A stretch of 64,000 nucleotides of DNA from Sporopachydermia quercuum (lineage: Eukaryota): positions 1,488,001-1,552,000 of the forward strand of contig BCGN01000003.1 in the NCBI GenBank assembly GCA_001599295.1, given 5' to 3'. The number at the start of each line of letters is the position of its first letter. Within the stretch, counting starts at the first letter, position 1. The notes beneath the pieces were generated by a model. The model was given only the letters and a program-made list of their open reading frames with translations. It was not told the origin of the DNA and searched no databases. Of this stretch, positions 58,693-64,000 are shown piece after piece. Made by a program: the position numbers and the translations under genes.

Positions 58693-60103
58693 AGCTACAA
58701 GATAACGTAGAGACAAGAGACTTGGTGATGGTTCAGTGCTGTTGAGAGTTCAATTACAAGTAGATAGCAATCAATTGAATTACAGATGAGGTTTCTTTTA
58801 ACAAGTTTTGAAGCAAAACTAGTAGCTTTCAATTATAAGTGTACCCCTTAAACAATAATAACAACAAATACTCAATTACCTGTTGAACTATTATTTAAAT
58901 ACACGTTCTGCTTCTTAAAAGCTCAAATACGACCTTTTATTTAGCCTATAACTGGCACTTTTGTTACTGGATTAAATGCTATGGTTTCGCGCTTGTTCTC
59001 TAGCAATATGATGTAATGCTAGTAACTGCTATTTTTTTATAACTAACCGTAAGTGTACAATTGCTAACCAAAGAGCAATAGAAAAAAAAATTAAACCGTT
59101 TCTACTGTCTGTTCTTGGGGAAATAATGAGATCTTTCTTCACGTTTTCAATTGAGTTGTTGAGGATAACAATACTTAACGGCAATAACCATCAATCATCA
59201 AGAACAATCAGGTAAACTCCAACAACCTCACAACAGCGGAAATAGAGTACAATGATGATGATAATATAGTGAAGGAGTTATAGATTAAAGTTGGGCGCTT
59301 GACTAAGTAATAGTTAAAAGAAAGTTAAGTTCCTGCAACTAAATATGCATATTGGCATTTAGAGTTGAGGGAAATATGGGAGGTGAGAAGAAGGTAATGT
59401 ACAAGAATTATGATGAGAAANGATTGGAGATTGGACTGATTATGGGTAGTAGTGGCTGATTTGTATTTTGTCAGTAGATTTATTTTGCGTAGAAGGATTG
59501 AAAGTTAAAACAAAGTAGGTAATTCCAAGTATGAGGCTTAACTCCTAGTTATTAATAATGATGTACAACTATGCATGACGAATGATTTAGTAATTAATTA
59601 GGGCACAGCAGAGGTATTTGTAGCTTTAAATGGGTTTAAAGTTGCAATTTACGAAGGAAGGAAGGAAAAATTGAAAGAACGGTTTCCTTAAGAAATCTGA
59701 TAATAATACAGCAGCGTTACTTATATGGCGAGATCGTTATCCAGGATTAGCTAGGAACTTATTCCTTCTAGTTTACTCCTCCTAGTTGTGAATGAATAAG
59801 AGTATTTTTTCTGTTAGATATTTTTAGAGTGGGAAACAAATCAACCGAACGAGTCAGAAGAATACCATTCAAAGAGCTATTAGTATCTACATTTGGTGTG
59901 TGTCTCATCGACCACTCCGGAGTAATAATGAGAATTACATTAAAATTAAGCTATAGTAGAAAATAATAGAAGCTGAACCATTCTGTGGTGTTCAATAGTC
60001 TCGAATTCTTTTTCTTTTCCTTTTTCAGTATCTTGCTTTTGCTTTGAGTGAAAACCTAGAGTACAAATGTTTTAGGTTGGTTGTTTTTCTTTGAGTGGCT
60101 CAA

Positions 60104-62137
60104 TCAATTTTCATCTGATCGAGCAAACATTGGTGACTTCGCAAACGAATCTTCCTCAAAATGGAAAAACCCATCAGATTGCTTGAAGCCTGAAGATGAG
60201 ATACCTTTTGCTTCGGGTGGAATAGGATCGCTTGATGACAAACAGGGTCTTGGGACTGTATAAAGATTAGAGTAATCTAGATGTCTTGAGCTGAAAGACG
60301 TGAAAGGGGTAGGTAAAGTTCTGGAGTCAGAAACAAAAGAATTTGAACTTTCTTGTGACCTAGTGGTCGCGCCATCTGATTGTACAGCTGATTTTGGAGT
60401 TCTCACTTCATCTTGCAATCTGGTTATATACTCCATTGACATTGATTCAACATCACAATTTCCATTCAGATTGAAACATTTAACAGGGGTGGAGTACTTG
60501 GAATAGCTCATAGCCGATAATTGACTGTCTATCACTGAACAGTTTTCTGACAAACTGCTACTTGGACCTTTCAGTCCGTTATGTCTTAAGGTTTTTGCTG
60601 GAGTTCTTTCATTTTTATCAAGGTTCGTCTCCTGTTTATAGTTGGAGTTGGTAGTATTTGTAGGATGACCTTTTGATAATAACTTGATTTCACCTGGTTT
60701 TGTATATTGTTCTGTGGAGCCAAACATTTTGGCAATTAAATCAGAACAAGTTGTAGCTCCAGACAACTGGCTTTCGCTTCCAAGATCGAAATCATCATCA
60801 CCGTGTGCAACTTCCTGGCTGGAGTAAAGTGACAGATTTTTCTTATTTTGGGTAGGTAAACTGTTTCTTGTAGGTAAGCCTTGTCTATAGATACTATTCG
60901 AAAGATGGTTCATATAATTTGGTGCTCCAACAGATACCATTCCATGAATTCTTTGATTGTTTCTTTGTTTCAATGAGGAGTTTCTGCCAGTTATATTGCT
61001 GTCAATATTTCTTTCAAGTTCTGATTTGATAGTATATTCAAAACTAGAAGTTCTTTTCTCTTTAATAGACATGGCATAATTAGCTGGTGATCTACCACGA
61101 ACAATAAGTGGTTCTGTAAAACAGCTGGAAACAACATAATGTTTACCATCGCTTGTAAAAGCCAATAGCTCGACAATTAATTTGAAAAATCGTTCTTTGG
61201 CCCCCATTTTTCTGCAATTTACAGAGGCACAAAATTGGACTCTCTCATATCTTGCTACTTTTGCAATCCTTCCTGCAGGGTATCTTTCAAGATATTTCTT
61301 TTGCATTGGGGTTAAAACTTCAGAGTTAGGATTAAGGTATATCATATCTTCCACAGCTTCTGTTTTTGTTGAGTTTCTCACATTAGAAGCATCCCTGATT
61401 GCTTGATGTTTTGGTATCATTCCTGGTACTATAGGTATCACAGGAGGCTTCATTTGAGGTCCTTTATCTCGTTTAGCAGTATGTTGGACTAGGTCAATAG
61501 GTGCGCTATCATCACATCCTTTAGAGCAAAGTCTTATAGCAAAGTAATTAACTTTGATATGCCTTTTACCATCAAATAGAAACATTGGACTATCTGGTAT
61601 AGTGAAGTCATCGTATAACTTCATGGTAGCAACTACTGTAGTATAATTCCGCTTATAACCAATCCAATTTCCGTCGACTTTGTTGAATCCCCGATCTATT
61701 CGAGCAAAAATCTGGGGACTCAATATTTGCAATCCATCGTTCAACTCAGNNAATTGGTATGTCTCACTGAATAGAGGGCCAACCTTGAACTGAAGCTTTG
61801 ATCGTGGGGGTATCTTTGCATTGCTTTCTTCCTCAAAAACTATTTCTGGCTGTACCACATTCTTAGTCATCTCCATTTTGAGAGCAGGAAGCATCACATC
61901 TACATCTTCCATTGGCGTACATGACTTATCGACTTTTGGTTTGTTCTCGTGGTTATCAGTAAGGTTGTTACCGATGTGTCTTTCAGTAGGACATTGACTC
62001 TTGACTACTTGGTCATCAGAGGTCTTGTTTCCATCTCCGGAATTTTCTTTCCAGGGTTTTTTCCCACCTTTACAAGCCTTGAATTTACCTCTCTTCTTTG
62101 CTGCTTTCTTAGTAGCTGGCTCTCTCATTCGTGGCAT
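60104..62137 (-). CDS. NDT80: Ndt80/PhoG-family transcription factor
   Basis: ARIDRGF, WIGYKRNY, LVQHTAKRDKGPQ, VARYERVQF and PLIVRGRSPANY motifs; Ser-rich C-terminal half. Confidence 0.92.
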   Translation of the reverse strand: MPRMREPATKKAAKKRGKFKACKGGKKPWKENSGDGNKTSDDQVVKSQCPTERHIGNNLTDNHENKPKVDKSCTPMEDVDVMLPALKMEMTKNVVQPEIVFEEESNAKIPPRSKLQFKVGPLFSETYQXXELNDGLQILSPQIFARIDRGFNKVDGNWIGYKRNYTTVVATMKLYDDFTIPDSPMFLFDGKRHIKVNYFAIRLCSKGCDDSAPIDLVQHTAKRDKGPQMKPPVIPIVPGMIPKHQAIRDASNVRNSTKTEAVEDMIYLNPNSEVLTPMQKKYLERYPAGRIAKVARYERVQFCASVNCRKMGAKERFFKLIVELLAFTSDGKHYVVSSCFTEPLIVRGRSPANYAMSIKEKRTSSFEYTIKSELERNIDSNITGRNSSLKQRNNQRIHGMVSVGAPNYMNHLSNSIYRQGLPTRNSLPTQNKKNLSLYSSQEVAHGDDDFDLGSESQLSGATTCSDLIAKMFGSTEQYTKPGEIKLLSKGHPTNTTNSNYKQETNLDKNERTPAKTLRHNGLKGPSSSLSENCSVIDSQLSAMSYSKYSTPVKCFNLNGNCDVESMSMEYITRLQDEVRTPKSAVQSDGATTRSQESSNSFVSDSRTLPTPFTSFSSRHLDYSNLYTVPRPCLSSSDPIPPEAKGISSSGFKQSDGFFHFEEDSFAKSPMFARSDEN

Positions 62138-62981
62138 GNTTAATTAAGGAGTGATGATCTATATTACAACTGGTTAGTAACCAATGTTCATGGCGCCTGG
62201 GTAACGCGCGACAAAGCAAAAGCCATCAAGTTGTAAGCTAGGCACATATTGCAAAAGGGTATCATGGTACAAAGTACAAATATCTGATTGAATCAAGTTC
62301 TGGTAGTTCAACTTAGTATGTATCAGGTTGATAGGGCTCTGTATGGTCCCAGACAGTTGTTTGATATAACTAATGGGAGTACTGTATTGATACTGGTTTA
62401 GTTTCCATGAAAGTCTTGTTATGGCCACCCACTGCATAGACAATAANGATAGTGTTAAAGAAAGCCGAGAGAAAAGTAGAAAAGGAAAAATGGATAGGCT
62501 GTTACGCGAGGAAGACAATTGTAAACAACAACAAACACAATTACAATCATAACAATGTCACAAGTGATCTAGCTCCACAGAACCATAACTCAAACGAGTA
62601 AAATTAAGATAAAGTTAGGTTATTTCCAAATTTGACTTTACGAGTTGAAGCGGAAATTGTACCAACATTCCGGAGACAATGCTGTTCAGTTTTTTGATAA
62701 GGTCCTTCTATTCTTCCTATACCTTTTTCTCCTCTTTTATTAATCCAAGAACTATTTCTGATAGCCAATAAGGCATTCCATTATATCAGGTTATATACCG
62801 ATATTGAATATNTTATGCAAATATTTGTTGTTGTATTAGTTCTTTCTTTGTTTTGATAGCATCTGCTGAAAAGTTATTAGTTCTGGATTCCTCGCTCATT
62901 TGTCTTTCGTCCTATAATACTGTAATTGCTCGGCTATCTATTTCCTTGGCAAAGTAGCATGAATCATAGATCTCTTTCACA

Positions 62982-63563
62982 ATGCCTCTAGTTGAAGACT
63001 TATCCATTCCTACGGTTAGGAAAGTCACCAAATCAATCCCTAGAGATAGAAGAGCTGCAGCAGTGAACTATGCTTACAGAGAGCCTGATCTTGAAGATGT
63101 TGCCATCACCTTTGACTCTCACTTATCGGTAGCTCAACAAAGAGCAATCGCAAAACATTTAGAAGATCTTGAGAAGGAAAATAATCCAACATTAGAGAAT
63201 AGCAATTTTTCTTCGCGATTAGTGGAAATACCAAAACCGATTGCTTATTTACCTGTGAAGTATTCTAACTTGGCACATCTACCGCACAGAAGGAAAACGA
63301 ATTCATCATTGTCTACACCTGGCGTTCGGAAGATTCTTATGTCTAAAAAGACTTTATCGAACTATTTGGACGAAGATGAATTTTCAACTGATTTATTATT
63401 ACGCAGGAGTTTAGTTGGACCAAGTAAATATCCTACTGAGAAAGTATGCACCGTATGTGGTTATTGGCAATCAGGAATGTGTTCGAAATGTGGCATGAGG
63501 TACTGTTCTTTGAACTGCATGCTAACTCATCTTGAAACCGACTGTACTAAGGCTTATCTTTGA
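62982..63563 (+). CDS. VPS71: SWR1-complex HIT zinc-finger subunit
   Basis: LEDLEKEN, VRKILMSKKTLSNYLDE and a C-terminal CxxCG...CxxCGMRYCSLNC...HLETDC HIT finger. Confidence 0.88.
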   Translation: MPLVEDLSIPTVRKVTKSIPRDRRAAAVNYAYREPDLEDVAITFDSHLSVAQQRAIAKHLEDLEKENNPTLENSNFSSRLVEIPKPIAYLPVKYSNLAHLPHRRKTNSSLSTPGVRKILMSKKTLSNYLDEDEFSTDLLLRRSLVGPSKYPTEKVCTVCGYWQSGMCSKCGMRYCSLNCMLTHLETDCTKAYL

Positions 63564-63866
63564 TGATCGGTGCGTCTATAAACTTAGGATGGTTAGATGT
63601 ATTTGAATATTGAGNCACGGTGTATAGATTTGGTTCTACTTTTACAATACTGAAAAGCATTGTACCATGGAGAGGATAAAGACTATTATACCTCTCATTA
63701 TACTCGAGTGGTATCTATTACCAACTATTTGAGTATCACTATATATTCTGGTAAGAGGTGCGAAATGAGAGCACACCTCTAGATTGGAACTTTTTTATCT
63801 CACACTTTAACTAGAAGAAGCTACGAAGTCAGAAATGAAAGAACTGAAGATAATTCTTGCCGCCAG

Positions 63867-64000
63867 ATGGTAAGTCATCAAAATCGTCCGTTCNCTACAG
63901 GAGCCAAGTTGGTTTGATGACTCTGTCATATACTATATTAGAGTCGTCTGATGGAAACTATTCCCAGGGGATGGCTTTCCAGTTTTAAGAACAATCATGA
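63867..64000 (+). CDS. Possible start of a gene: ATG directly followed by an intron running out of the window
   Basis: ATG (63867-63869) followed immediately by GTAAGT, the dominant donor in this window. No branch site or acceptor is visible before the window edge. Confidence 0.3.

Noticed and set aside
59049..59081. GTAAGT...TGCTAAC...TAG on the plus strand
   Set aside because: Only about 33 nt long; the donor-to-branch distance is too short for splicing.
5356..61406. Many 60-150 aa ORFs antisense to or nested in long genes
   Set aside because: Shadow ORFs from codon bias, mostly with non-ATG starts and no motifs.
62174..62518. 114-aa minus-strand ORF upstream of NDT80 as a gene
   Set aside because: TTG start and no homology signal; better treated as leader/uORF sequence.

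Overview
AT-rich eukaryotic chromosomal DNA from a budding yeast (Saccharomycotina) outside the CUG-Ser/Ala clades: CTG codons sit at conserved Leu positions in VIP1 and FAS1. The window holds 22 complete protein-coding genes, mostly housekeeping: LSB5-like, glutaredoxin, HIS4, class-3 lipase, SPP382/NTR1, MDM31, NMD5/SXM1-type importin, GT25 glycosyltransferase, VIP1, PRS1, BER1, FAS1, RNPS1-like SR protein, degenerate DEAD-box protein, TRM13, TMA19, an uncharacterised 1037-aa protein, OAR1-like reductase, a short tricalbin, NDT80 and VPS71. Five genes are split by 10 spliceosomal introns that the ORF track misses; I reconstructed these by hand. I found no tRNA, rRNA, transposon or CRISPR array, and no convincing new multi-gene system. 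The best leads are a recurrent 14-bp palindromic promoter element (TGAT-N6-ATCA), a candidate intron/uORF switch in the NDT80 leader, an orphan canonical intron in intergenic DNA, a retained RNPS1-like splicing factor, a probable pseudo-helicase, a half-size tricalbin and a GT25 with an altered acidic motif. Scattered single Ns behave like heterozygous SNPs. Gene identities come from remembered family motifs, not database searches.
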